NCBI RefSeq assembly: GCF_964194025.1
Contig: NC_134468.1
Coordinates: 71,982,001-72,046,000 of the forward strand
Length of the DNA stretch: 64,000 nucleotides
Source of the DNA: Convolutriloba macropyga
Lineage: Eukaryota
Direction of reading: 5' to 3'
The notes beneath the pieces are model-generated. The model had not been told where the DNA came from, searched no databases, and was given only the letters and a program-made list of their open reading frames with translations. Position numbers and translations under genes: made by a program. Positions 39,601 through 51,852 of this stretch are shown piece after piece (position 1 is the stretch's first letter; every line of letters begins with the position of its first letter).

Positions 39601-42600
39601 GGCAGATACTAGGAGGGTCTATAGGGCCCCCGTTTGCCTACTCTCTCCCTAATTGTAGTATTTGTGTTTATATTTAAATTGATGATATTGTTTAAGCGGA
39701 GAAATTAATTTCTTCCTTCCTTTCGGAAAACTATCAGCAAAACAAAAATTTCTAATATACCCATCCACCCACCAACCCATCCACCCACCCACCTTGATGG
39801 GAGGAAAGGGCTAAAAACTAAGACTATACTTAAGTTAGAGCTAAATTGTCATTAAATGATTTTGCTTTTCGTTCAAAACGGTGCCCGAACAATTAACACT
39901 CCTGTTTAAAAAATCTGCAGAAAAATACTCCTTGTATCGTAAAAAAAACAGTTGCAAAAATCATTCGCAGCTATTAAAAAGATTATCATGGGTTTTTAAA
40001 GACTGGGTGGGTCTGATTACTTATAAAGTTAATTTGAGAGGAGCAGCTGATCCTTGGTAAATTTAACAAATGCAAGGACATGGCTTGAAACCGTACTTTT
40101 AAGACATGACCCGACACGGTTTAATTGAGCAAAATCTGCCAAGCACTTCCTCAATACAGCAAAAGCGCTAAACATACTCTTAGTTTCACGCGCAGCGTGA
40201 GACACGACTAAACAGTATCTCGAAAACATCACCGGCAGATTGCCGGAATAGCTGCGAAAGAATAGACCTGCGTGCCATATAATAGAGATAGAAACAGATA
40301 CAGATCAAAATTGAAAAAAAAAATCGACGCCGCTCAAAAAAACTAGGTAAAAAACATTCAGCGATAAATTAATAAAGCTTGTTAAAATTCATTCCACAGA
40401 AGCCTCTTATTAGGGACCTTTACTGCACAAATGAGTTCCTTTGACCTTAAACAAATTCAAATTAAACTTAAGTTTTAAAGTGGAAAAGTCATTTTATTGA
40501 GTGAGGTAAGTCACGTATGATCAAAATCTAATCACGCAAATAACCTAAAAACTTTCGCTAAAGCGAGTGAGAAATGACGTCACGAGCGCAAATGCTGTTA
40601 GTGAGAGGAAGAAGTCATTCAGAAAATTTGACTTTTTCAGCTTTGCTGTGTGAACAAATGTAAAACGAAAAAAGAGCGTCAGACGACGAAACAAAAAAAC
40701 ATAGCAGGACAAGTCCTGACGTACAATTCAAAGAATTTTCATTGACTAAACAGAAAAACTAGACCGAGAATGGACTATGAGTGAATTGAGAAAACCATTT
40801 TAAAAAAATCAGATAAAAAAATAAGAAAAAAAAAAACAAAAAAATCAATGTCAAAATGCCGCATGTGAACAAAAAAACCACTAGCGAGAAATGAAAATTT
40901 AATTCAAACAAAAAAAGGGGCATAGAATGAGCAGTGAATGGATTGGGAAAACCATTTAGAAAAAAATCCGATCCAAAAAATCGAAAACACAGTAAAAATC
41001 AGAGTGAAATTGCCGCATGTGAACAAAAAACCACTACCGAGAAACCGAATTTTTGTTCAAACACCATTTTCGCACTCTACTTTAAAATTAGAGCGAAAAA
41101 AAATCACGCCGCAAAACCACTCGCTTTTTCGCTCCATTTCCTGTTTCGGCGTGACCAAAATCACTACTCCAATTTGACTTCAAAAATCACGAAAATGTGT
41201 GAACAGATCTTAAAAAAAAAGACAGCGCCCCAATACAATTCAAATTCTTTGAATTGTAAAAAAACCAGGAGCACCGCAATATAGCTTCGCTCAGCTTACA
41301 GCTATAAAAAGACAGAAATAGCAGGGCGGCCAAACTGTCTATAAAAGTCAAATCCAATTAACTTAGCGTAGTTTAGTTCATAATTCTGAAGCTAAAAAGT
41401 AAAGATAAGTTATGCTGTTGATACCTACCCTCCGCCTTGGCCTCCACCAAAATGCCCTCCGCCTCCACCCATCATCCTTCCACCGCCTCCGCCGCCACCT
41501 CCACCACCACGTCTCGGAGTGGCACCTGATGTTTCAATCAACTAAAAAAAATGGATCTCACACGCCTCTTTAAAACTTGAGGTTGGTTTCAAATGCAAAA
41601 ACTTGCTCAAAACAATGCTATCCCTCAAATTAGGGCAAACATACATTACGTCGAAAAGCTAAACTCATATTGTGTACAAGTCCTTTCAGATATAGAAACA
41701 CAACCAATTGCTTCTTATCTGCATGATACAACGTTAGAGCAGGGTCAAACCTACCAGAATCGAGATAAAAAATAGTAACTGAATTGTTTGCGCTGCCAAA
41801 TAATGGTTAAAAAGATGGCATATAGCCAACGGCTTTTAACTTACCTCTTTAAAACACTTGCCAATGGCTTCGATAGCTTTGGCCAAGCTTTCGTATGCCT
41901 GCTGAGGATAATTGTATGTCTCCAAATGTACGTGCAGTTCCTGACACAGATGTGCGTACTTCGGATCACCACTGTTCAACAGACTGCTTTCCTGAAACAG
42001 ATGTCTCACTCAAAAAAAAGAGGCCAAGTAAATTGCGTTTGCACACATTTCAACCGCAAAGATCCTCAAAATTTTTTCCAAATGATAAAGAGATAGAAAA
42101 CTTTCAAAAAACTCACATACTGATCAAAAATAATTGGTCTACGAATAGAAAAATTGCTTCCAATTCAAATCACTTAGAAAAGTAAATAGCCCCATATTAG
42201 TTGGCCGATAAGAATGCCATTTTTAAGACTACGAGACCAGACAAACGAAAAAAAATCAAATGGCAACAACACTTACATCCAAAAATCAATGTTATTTTTT
42301 TGAAAAAAAAAAATACAGAACAAAGTCAAAATAGCGTCAAATACAACCTAAACTAAAAAAACTAAGTTGTACTTCACTAGATTAAACATGGGACCAGTAC
42401 TTGATGAGACTCAGTAACAAGCAGACAAAAATATTCGAAAACGTCAAGGAAAAAATAAACCATTTTTTTAAACAAATAATTTTGAATAATGAAAACCATT
42501 AGACATCACTGAAAACTTTGAAAAAGTTTATGCTCCTTCATACCTCAAGAGAAGGCATTGCGACCTGTCACTATCCAGATTATGTGCATCTACATAAGCA

Positions 42601-45600
42601 AAAAACAAAATCAGACATTAAAGATGAAAATTCAATCAAATTTACAAGAAAACAGTGTCAAAGCCGTTGTTGAACCATAATTTATTCCGTTAAAATCAAG
42701 ATATAATCAATTTCGCGTTATATGAACACCAATATTCAGATATGTGATCTATGAAAAATGAGACTAGGTAACAAGTATTAAAACTACAATTTTATTTTTT
42801 GTAAGACAAATAATTTCAATGACAAAAAAGCATTAGCTATCAACTGAAAAGATTAAATAGGTTCTTTTATTTCTCAAAAACCACTGATATCTGTGTATTA
42901 TTCAGAATATGTCATACGTCTGCAAAAAGAGATAATAGACAAAAATCAAAAATAATAACTTTTGCAAAAAAACCGGCATCGAAGCCGTTAGAACAATAAG
43001 CAATGCAATCAAAACAGTCGATATGTTCCATAATCTATTTACTGAATAACTGATGTGTTCAAATTTGTCTCCTTTTTAAACGCCATTAATGTGATTTGTG
43101 ACCTGCCAATAATGTGACAAGACAAGGAAAAACCTCAAAGCCGGTTCAATAATCGAAAAATGTTTTTAAAATAAGTAGAATCAGAGCAGAAAAACCATTA
43201 GTTTAAGCGTATAACCCCAAATACTAAAATTTCATTCCATTAGACAGACGATGCAACTGTCTTTACTGACTTCGAGCTAAAAGTTGGCCGAAAAACGAGA
43301 TAAGAGAGGTTGTCTTGAAACTCCCAGGAAGCCAATGGGAGCTGTGATTAGTACCGCTTCAATTTGACTTGTTCTTTTTGGTAATTAAAGTTTGACTGAT
43401 CACAATCTAATTTTTTGTGCTTTCAAAACACAGCTAACACCAAAACTAGCCTTTCTATTGTCGTTCGTCCATTAGGAACACGTAATTGTTCCGAATATTA
43501 TGGATATGGAATTGACTAAAAAAGACAAAAATATCGAAAAAAAAAAATAAATTGATTCTGTATAATTATCGAGTTAATTTAGCAAAAACAGGCAGAATTT
43601 TAATTCAAGAACACTCTAAAAGAATGCACAAGTAAAATTTGCTTTCTTTGAAGTTAAGGAAGACTGTGTCAGCAGTTTTTAGGTGTGTTATAAATCCGGC
43701 AAATTTGAACAAAGTGGATTAAAAAGCTTATTTTGTTCAATTTCAGGAAAAATTAGCAAAAACTTCAGCAAAAAATGGAAGTAAACAGTTCAACAACAAA
43801 CTTCTACTTTTAGAGGTAACACCAACATTATTAATTTTACAAATTTGAACATTTTTTTGGCAAACTTGGCAAAAATGCGTAAAAATACGGAAAATGCGAA
43901 CAACAACGAAAATCAGTCTAATGTTCATAAAACTTAAAACCTCGATAACTCCGTGGAACAATCGAAATTCAAAAACTCTTTTTAGTTAAATATTCTGCGC
44001 TGGACGGGCTTTCTAATGATACCACTTACAACCCCTACGATGAATATATCGATCCACTAAAATTGACTGAACAGAAAAAACCCGTTTGAGTATTTAGCCC
44101 CCCCCCCCACTTAATTAGGCGGGAACAATAATGTCAACTGCACCTTGAGACAATTTGAGAAAAATGTGCTGTGATAAAATAAAGCACAAATAAAGGCTAA
44201 TTTTCAAAAATTTCGCTCAAAATGAGCAAGCGTCGAAAGAGATTGAGCTTTTACTATGAAAATTAAGACACATTACTTTTAAACAGAGGCAAACCAGTGT
44301 GAGAGAGATGCAATGCGAGTAATAAGCAGCAACCGTTGAATATTAGGAAATTGAACTCAACATCCAAGAGATCATAAAATTGCGGCTTCAATAAAATTTA
44401 ACCGGTAGTTTTTTAAGGTTCGTGCTTGGTTACTTTAGGTACAATTGACTGATATGGCCCCGAGTTATAGGCAATCTTGGTTAAATAAGCGGAACCTAAC
44501 ACAATTCTCAGTAATCAGACCATCAATGCAAAAAGCATTAAATTTTAGCTTAACTGGGCAGAAAAAATAATTTCACCGAAAATAACCTTATCTATGAACA
44601 ATCAACTAGCCACTGAACCGATCAATCTATTTATAAAACTTGATGTAAAAGAAGAAATAGCACTAAGAAATGTATAAATACAAGCTCCGAAACAAAAGTT
44701 CCTCACAGGAAACAAATTATTATAAAATCGCATCATTATAACTTCAACTCCCAAAATTTATCTCAAAATTATACGGCGACAACTTCGCACAGGAATGTAC
44801 TCTTTATGTTGAACTATTTTCACATGAAACGCAGAAGAAGCCAAGAACAGCTCTGTTCAAAATATGCGCGATTTCATTTATCAGCCAATTAGAATTGTGA
44901 GGCATAAATTGATAACATTCGAAAACAGCAAGGACGCTAATTTACCCTTTCTCTGTTGTTGATGGAGCCTCGGCCAAATATCATGATTTTGCACTTGGTC
45001 TCTTCTTTCAGCCTTAAGATGTTCTCTCCATTCTTGCCAATTATGTTGCCTCCGAAGTTGAGACTGGGGTACTCGTCCAGTGGCATCGCTATCTTCTGTA
45101 CTACCCTGATCTTGTGATGAAACGGATTGGCGAACATGGGCTCTGGGAAGCGATGAGTTGCTGGGTTCGCATCATTACGAAGCCTCTCAATCTCTAAAAC
45201 GTTAGATGTCTATGATTCTCATTTCTAGAACCATTAATTCAGAACTTTCGATCTTTCATCTCACTGGCCTTTACAGAGTTAGAACATTGCTGGCAGATTG
45301 CCAGAAAATAGCCGCAATCGATTCGTAGATCGGCAGTTTAAAAAAGAGTAAAACATAGCCGGCAGATTGCCGGAATAGCTGCGAAAGAATAGACCTGCGT
45401 GCCGTATAATAGAGATAGAAACAGATTCAGATCCAAATTGAAAAAAAAAAATCGACGCCGCTCAAAAAACTAGGTAAAAAACATTATTCAGCGATAAATT
45501 AATAAAGCTTGTTAAAATTCATTCCACAGAAGCCTCTTATTAGGGACCTTTACTGCACAAATGAGTTCCTTTGACCTTAAACAAATTCAAATTAAACTTA

Positions 45601-48127
45601 AGTTTTAAAGTGGAAAAGTCATTTTATTGAGTGAGGTAAGTCACGTATGATCAAAATTTAATCACGCAAATAACCTAAAAACTTTTGCTAAAGCGAGTGA
45701 GAAATGACGTCACGCGCGCAAATGCCGTTAGTGAGAGGAAGAAGTAATTCAGAAAATTTGACTTTTTCAGCTTTGCTGTGTGAACAAATGTAAAACGAAA
45801 AAAAGGCGTCAGACGAAACAAAAAAAACCAAGAGCACCGCAATATAGCTTCGCTCAGCTTACAGCTTCGCAGCTATAATAAAAAGACAGACCAAAAAATT
45901 CGTCTTTTCATTGAAGGCTGACCTGTTATATTTTGATTAAAAATCCGTATAAGTTATTGCTGCCTCTATTAGCTGATCTCAAATAACCTTCATTTAGAGT
46001 GACACACACCCATTTGACCTTATCTCTTTGAATTAAAGTAAATAAAAGTCAAATTTAAAGTGAGGAAGTCATTTTTGAGAGTGAGGTAAGTCAAGTGTGA
46101 CCAAAAATTTAATCACGCACATGAACAAAAAAACTTGCTCCACTAAGAGCGAAAAATGACGTCACACATGCAATTCAGTTGAAATTGCATGAACGAATGA
46201 ACAAAAAGTGGCTGTGACGTCATATGCTCGTAACAAAAATCATGACGACAAAATAAAAAAACCAAGAGAAGGCCAATAATAGCCCCAGCTATCGCTGAGC
46301 GGCTATTAATAGCCGGCAGATTGCCAGAAAATAGCCGCAATCGATTCGTAGATCGGCAGTTTAAAAAAGACAGTAAAAAAGACAGACCAAAAAAATCGTC
46401 TTTTCATTGAAGGCTGACCTGTTATATTTTGATTAAAAATCTGTATAAGTTATTGCTGCCTCTATTAGCTGATCTCAAATAACCTTGATTTAGAGTGACA
46501 CACACCCATTTGACCTTATCTCTTTGAATTGAAGTAAATAAAAGTCAATTTTAAAGTGAGGAAGTCATTTTTGAGAGTGAGGTAAGTCAAGTGTGACCAA
46601 AAATTTAATCACGCACATGAACAAATAAACTTGCTCCACTAAGAGCGAAAAATGACGTCACACATGCAATTCAGTTGAAATTGCATGAACGAATGAACAA
46701 AAAGTGGCTGTGATGTCATATGGTCGTAACAAAAATCATGACGAAATAAAAAAACATAGCAGGACAAGTCCTGACGTACAATTCAAAGAATTTTCATTGA
46801 CTAATCAGAAAAACTAGACCTAGAATGGACTATGAAAGAATTGAGAAAACCATTTTAAAAAAATCAGAACAAAAAAATAAGAAATAAACAGAAAATCAAT
46901 GTCAAAATGCCGCATGTGAACAAAAAACCACTAGCGAGAAATGAAAATTTAATTTAAACAAAAAAACTAAGCCTAGAATGAGCTGTGAATTGATTGGGAA
47001 AACCATTTAGAAAAAAATCCTATCCAAAAAATCGAAAAAAACAGTAAAAATCAGAGTGAAATTGCCGCATGTGAACAAAAAACCACTACTGAGAAACCGA
47101 ATTTTTGTTCAAACACCGTCTTCTCACTATAATTTAAAATTAGAGCGAAAAAAATTCACGCTGCAAAACCACTCGCTTTTTCGCTCCATTTCCTGTTTCG
47201 GCGTGACCAAAATCACAACTCCAATTTGACTTCAAAATTCATGAAAATGTGTGAACAGATCTTAAAAAAAGACAGCGCCCCAATACAATTCAAATTCCTT
47301 GAATTGTAAAAAACCAAGAGAAGGCCAATAATAGCCCCAGCTATCGCTGTGCGGCTATTAAAAAAGATCGGAGGTGAGATATCCCTGTTTGGACAACATA
47401 ACTCAATAAACTGCTTTACAGAGCGACAAAAACGGACTACTTTCTCTGAGACGCAAGTGCTGTGCTCTCTATTGGTGAAATAAACGTGATAGTTTCAAGA
47501 AACGAATTGAAAACAAAATAGAAAGTACCGTGATCAACGAGTCCGCATGTTTGTGGCAGCATGTTTGGGTCCAGACTCTGTCTCTCGTACACCAGCTGTC
47601 CCAGGTAGGGTGACTCTGGCATGTGGGCAGAGGGCATTGCCATCATACCCCCTGAAGGGTCCATCTGCTGGGCTTCACCGTAAGCTCCGGCACCTATTGA
47701 TTAATAGAATAACGATTGAACATTTCAGATAAGTGGATTCCATTTGATTTCTGAATTTTTCCGCAATTCACTAAGAACAATTACGACTTTCAATCTTTCA
47801 CAACCATCCTGTTTTTACTGAGCTAATTAGACGACGAATTTCTTTATAAAGTAATCAGTACTAATCACAACCTGGAAAACCTGCAATCATTAAAAACTCC
47901 TGCAAGCATGTATCATTTAATTAACGCGGAAACAGCGTTAACAGCCTAGTATCCATCTAGCTACCTCCGTATTCGTCTGGCATAATTCCGCCCTCCTGTG
48001 GTAGGGTTCCGTTGCTGTAATAGCCACCTTGATCAGCCATGCTCCCGTACTGGTCCTGGAGAAGCCCTTGATCAGCTCCACTCTGATCGGGCATGCTGTA
48101 GGGATCCACACTGTATTGCACGTTCAT
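36677..48127 (-). CDS. KHDRBS: KHDRBS/Sam68-like STAR (GSG/KH) RNA-binding protein; exons 48127-47965, 47693-47529, 45193-44946, 41991-41845, 41541-41429, 37180-37003, 36695-36677; 3' end unresolved
   Basis: All junctions are GT-AG and phase-consistent (1,1,0,0,2,0,1). QUA1 is YLGQLVYERQSLDP..LVDHEIERL; the KH domain includes NFGGNIIGKNG..LKEETKCKIMIFGRGS and the Sam68-type SGDPKYAHL..LHV; Gly/RGG-rich exons follow. Confidence 0.85.
37860..39410 (+). mobile_element. Degenerate CR1/L2-type LINE RT fragment in a KHDRBS intron (antisense to the host gene)
   Basis: Frame-broken peptides LANLINRSFKEGRF..KAEVIPLHKSG, QYGFRKQHST, FLDLQK(A)FNTIEH and GVPRG..GPLLFLIYIFDLP..AGDT. Boundaries are approximate. 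Confidence 0.85.
40227..41305. mobile_element. HINE-like family D element with nested family B element (40700-41258)
   Basis: D runs from the CCGGCAGATTGCCGG hairpin plus ATAGCTGCGAA to ATAGCTTCGCTCAGCTTACAGCTAT. B runs from the CAGGACAAGTCCTG hairpin plus TACAATTCAAAGAAT to TACAATTCAAATTCTTTGAATTGTA. Confidence 0.8.
42185..44115. repeat. Large degenerate dispersed repeat (family E), related to ~2085-2560, ~8300-8750, ~14300-14990 and inverted copies near 22735-23900 and 25955-27000
   Basis: 42185-42670 aligns by eye with 2085-2560. ACGATGAATATATCGATC..AAAATTGACTGAAC (44037) is reverse-complementary to ~25995-26031 and ~22770-22804. The GCATTAG.TA.CAACTGA...ATAGGTTC motif is shared with the 3.3-8 kb tandem units. 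Confidence 0.55.
45285..47360. mobile_element. Head-to-tail dimer of HINE family A (45285-46308, 46309-47360) with nested D (45354-45875) and B (46755-47308)
   Basis: Each A copy starts with a GGCAGATTGCC hairpin plus AATAGCCGC and ends TAATAGCCCCAGCTATCGCTG.GCGGCTATTA. The nested D and B copies are near-identical to those at 40227-41305. Confidence 0.85.
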
Positions 48128-48669
48128 CACTAGATCTGAAAGAAACTTCCAATCCAAGTAAGTTTGATAACAGTATTCGAAAACCTTGAGTTAAGAAGTC
48201 TCAAAATTACTGCTACATTTGACGTAAAAAAACAATTTTTTAATTCTGAAATAAATTTACAATATCGCGATGTTATTGCTCCAAGCTTGGACTCGTATTT
48301 GGGAGTTTAAATTTGCCTGTTCAAAACCCTTATAAATTCGCTTCGTAGACTACTTAAGGCATATCCTCCAAATTCTGCATTTACTGTTAAAATGTTTACA
48401 TAAATCAAGTATTTTGCCACTCTTTAAGTGTCCTAAATTGTCCACCACTACTCATTTGGCAGCCATTTCAGTCAGCAAAATTCCTCGCTTCACATCGTTG
48501 TCTTTTTAAGTCTTCGTTTCGATGTTAGATCAGTGACGGCTCATCCATTAATGTTGTATGCTCACAGTAAAACAAATCAGACTCGAATTCATCAAGTTCT
48601 CAATAAAAACACAAAATAACAATTACATATGTATTTTAAGGATATTTGTCTCACCGAATTCATTTATTT

Positions 48670-50260
48670 CTATTTGGAATAATTGTAAAACCCTTCACCA
48701 CTCTTTCGGCCCAGTTTACCCTCGGCCACAAGTTTACGCACTGTCTCCGGCACCTTAAAAGTATCCGGATATTTATCGCACCATCCCTGCAAAATTGCCT
48801 CCGTCGTATCCAGGCCAACATAGTCCAGAAGCTCAAATGGTCCCATTGGGTATCCGGCTCCCAATTTCATGGCCGTATCAATGTCTTTCATTTCGGCATC
48901 CCCTCGTTCTAACATCAAAACAGCTTCTGCCAAATATGGGACCAGAAGGCGATTGACAATGAAACCAGCTGTATCTTTGCACTAAAAATTCAAGAAAAAT
49001 AAATTTGAGTTATGTGAATTAAGTATAGGTTATGAGACCCTGAGGAAGTCGATGTGAGACGTAATCTTGCTTGAAATACTCACTTTGCAAGTTGTAAAAC
49101 GATAGAGAGATCTGGCATTTCGTGCGTGTTTCAAAATTATTTTAAAAAAACTATTAGCATTTTAAAAATAATCTGGCATTTTAAGACCTGCACGTGCGTG
49201 TTTCAATAAAAAATCAAATATTTCAATTCCAAGCTTATAAAATATAACTGGCAGATTTCAGGATAACATTCACGATATAGTACGTAGAGCGTAGAGCCAG
49301 CGCTACCCCGAGACCAAAAAGAAAAAACACTACCAGAAGATTGAACGTTTTGGACTTTCTTGGATTGAACCCTATGAACAATAATGCCTTTCAAGAAGAA
49401 TAGCCTTGTAATTTTCCCGTTTGGACGGCCTCTTAATTTTTGGTCAGAGTTTAAATTCTCATTTAAAAGTCTCCTAGCTAAAGACTTCTTACATCTTTCA
49501 CCTCTTGCATCTACATGCTGATTCTTCAGTTTGTCAATGGCTGCAAATTTTCTCACGCAGCATTAAATTCTGTGGTAGGGTTGATAGTTTGTCTATTACC
49601 CATGAAGATTGGTCCCAATGAAGTAAATATCATCAGAAAATGCAAAAATCATACCTTGACTACAGTTTTATTCATTTCACTTCCAAAGCTGCATAATTTG
49701 TGAAACGTATCATCACTTGTTGTGTCGGCTTTAACCACTTCAAGTAGTTTCATCATTGGCACTGGGTTGAAATAATGCAAACCTCCTACTTTATCAGATC
49801 TCTTCACGTGCTGAAATATCTCGCCTACAGGCAACGAAGAAGTATTAGTAGCAAAAATTGTATTTTCAGGGGACTCGGCGTCAAGTATTTCAAATAACTT
49901 GTGTTTGGCTTCCATGTTTTCAACAATTGCTTCAATGACAAGATCTGTTTCATGTTTCATATCAAACGACGAGTCATTGGCAGTATTAAACTGCTTAGTA
50001 CTAATTCTGGAGATAACTGATTCAACAAATTCTTTTGGTTCCACTTTGTCCTGCTTTTTTGCCATCTTTTCAACGCTTTGTAATATTCGTTTATGCGATT
50101 TATCCAGAATTTCTTTCTGCTGGTCCACTAGAAGAACATTGAAGCCTGACTGAGCAGCAACTTGGGCAATTCCAGAGCCCATAAGTCCACCGCCAAAAAT
50201 TGTGACGTTTTTAATCCCACTACTATGGTGACAAAAACGTCTGATGCAAATTGACGTCAT
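48670..50260 (-). CDS. HADH: Mitochondrial 3-hydroxyacyl-CoA dehydrogenase (short-chain), exons 50260-49655 and 48981-48670, 305 aa
   Basis: Rossmann motif [24 protein letters not shown] and catalytic [15 protein letters not shown]. The splice AAG|gt...ag|TGC restores [16 protein letters not shown]-terminal [18 protein letters not shown] and [10 protein letters not shown]. Confidence 0.96.
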
Positions 50261-50396
50261 CCAAACAACTGAAACATCACTCCATCACTGATCATACAGA
50301 TTTTGGGAACAAGAGCAAATATAAAATACTTTTTAGTAAATTCAAAATTTACACGATAATTTGTAAGCTATACAGCAAATATTACACTAAATTTAA

Positions 50397-51445
50397 CTAT
50401 GCTCTCTTTATTGTACATTTAACAACAGCCGAATCTCCTTTCAACCAACCCTGATTGGGATCAAAAAGGTTAGAAAAGGAAATGAATCGTTCAAAGTTGA
50501 TAACAGTATTAGATCCCGACAGACCCCAAACTCTTGACCTTTGTAAAGACGTTTGCAAGGACAGTTTGACGCTGTTCACAAGCGCTATTTCGACAATTAC
50601 ATCTGTTCCCAACAAATCGTCATTCGAGACAGCACCATTCGTAGGTTCTAACAGCTAGCTCCACAAAAATTGATCGCTTTTTCCCGCATCTTTCACTTTT
50701 GACAAAACCATGTTCCACGTGACATATGTGTTGGCTGAAAACTTTTTGCTGATTGTAGTTGACTTTTTTATTAACTTTATATTCTCGATTTCCCAAAGTA
50801 AATTAAAGTCGACATTTTGTTTAGCTTTTGCCGTTTTTTTCTTCGATGTTTTGGAAATTTGAGTGGATTGGTTGCATTCTTCCGGCTGGCTAAACTCAGC
50901 ATCTTCAGTCTTAACTGATTGTGCGTCAACTGGGCTTTTGGGTTTAGTCGAATTTACCCTCGAATAGGTTTTTTGAACAAACGAAAAATGATTTTTCAGG
51001 AGTTCAGAAGTGTTATCGCTCACTTTCAATGACAGCATGCCGTAGTATTGTAGAAAACCCTTACAAGCTGTGCTATCAAGAAGCGCAATATTGCTACAAG
51101 CCTCCTTTACGGTTTCCATGTTTCTTGAGATATCATCAAGCACCATAACATCTTTTTCCAGCTGAGTCACGCAAAGAGCAGTAAAACTTTCTAAAGAAAC
51201 GACAGCTTTATTCAATTCAGTCATCAAAGATAATTTGCTTTTCTTGGCCTGAAGTTCGCTCTGGACATTATTTTGCTCAATTAGCTCCTTTAACCGAAGT
51301 TGCTTTTCCACCGCCAATAATTGCACAATATGTGATGCATGATCCTCTATCCAGCAGTTCTCACACACTTTTGGTCGCAGGTAATGCATCGATACTTAAA
51401 AAAAAGTTCATGCCCAGAGCAAACGTTTCCATCAGCCTCTGCCAT
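50397..51445 (-). pseudogene. B-box zinc finger + coiled-coil + MATH/TRAF domain gene (TRIM37-like architecture without RING), with one frameshift and one in-frame TAG
   Basis: MAEADGNVCSGHELFFKYRCITCDQK then a frameshift at the A4 run (~51372) to VCENCWIEDHASH. A helical middle region follows. The C-terminus is MATH-like (WEIENI..SKKF..WNM..FLWS*LL..FERFISFSNL..GWLKGDS), with the TAG at 50655-50657 in frame with the 50397-50615 ORF. Confidence 0.65.
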
Positions 51446-51852
51446 TATCGTCATCGAACCTCAAAAAGTTTTGAAAAAATACATAACCGACCGATCTCAC
51501 AAACAATAGCACCGCGAAAAACTATTGCTAGCACAATAGATCGACAGAGCACTCTACTAACCAACTACAGAGCGAAAATTTTATATTGTCAGCTCGAAAA
51601 AAATATTGTCCGCTTATTAAATATCTGAGTCGATAGAGTTAGACAAGCGAATTTTAGTTAACTCATTTGACTTTTCTTAATCGCATTTCTTTAAACTCTT
51701 ACGTGCATTAAGTTTTGATCCTTCTTTACCATCGTTGATGCATTTGGGCAGCAAAAAACTTGTCTCCGACTCCGATTTCAAATGCGTTCAATATTTATTT
51801 CGTATGTTTTTTGCCCCAAATTGAATTCCCCAAAATTAAAATTACATTTAGG

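Noticed and set aside
3355-47360. Regularly recurring hairpin-containing repeats considered as a CRISPR-like array
   Set aside because: Eukaryotic context, no constant 25-45 bp repeat with unique spacers, and no cas genes.
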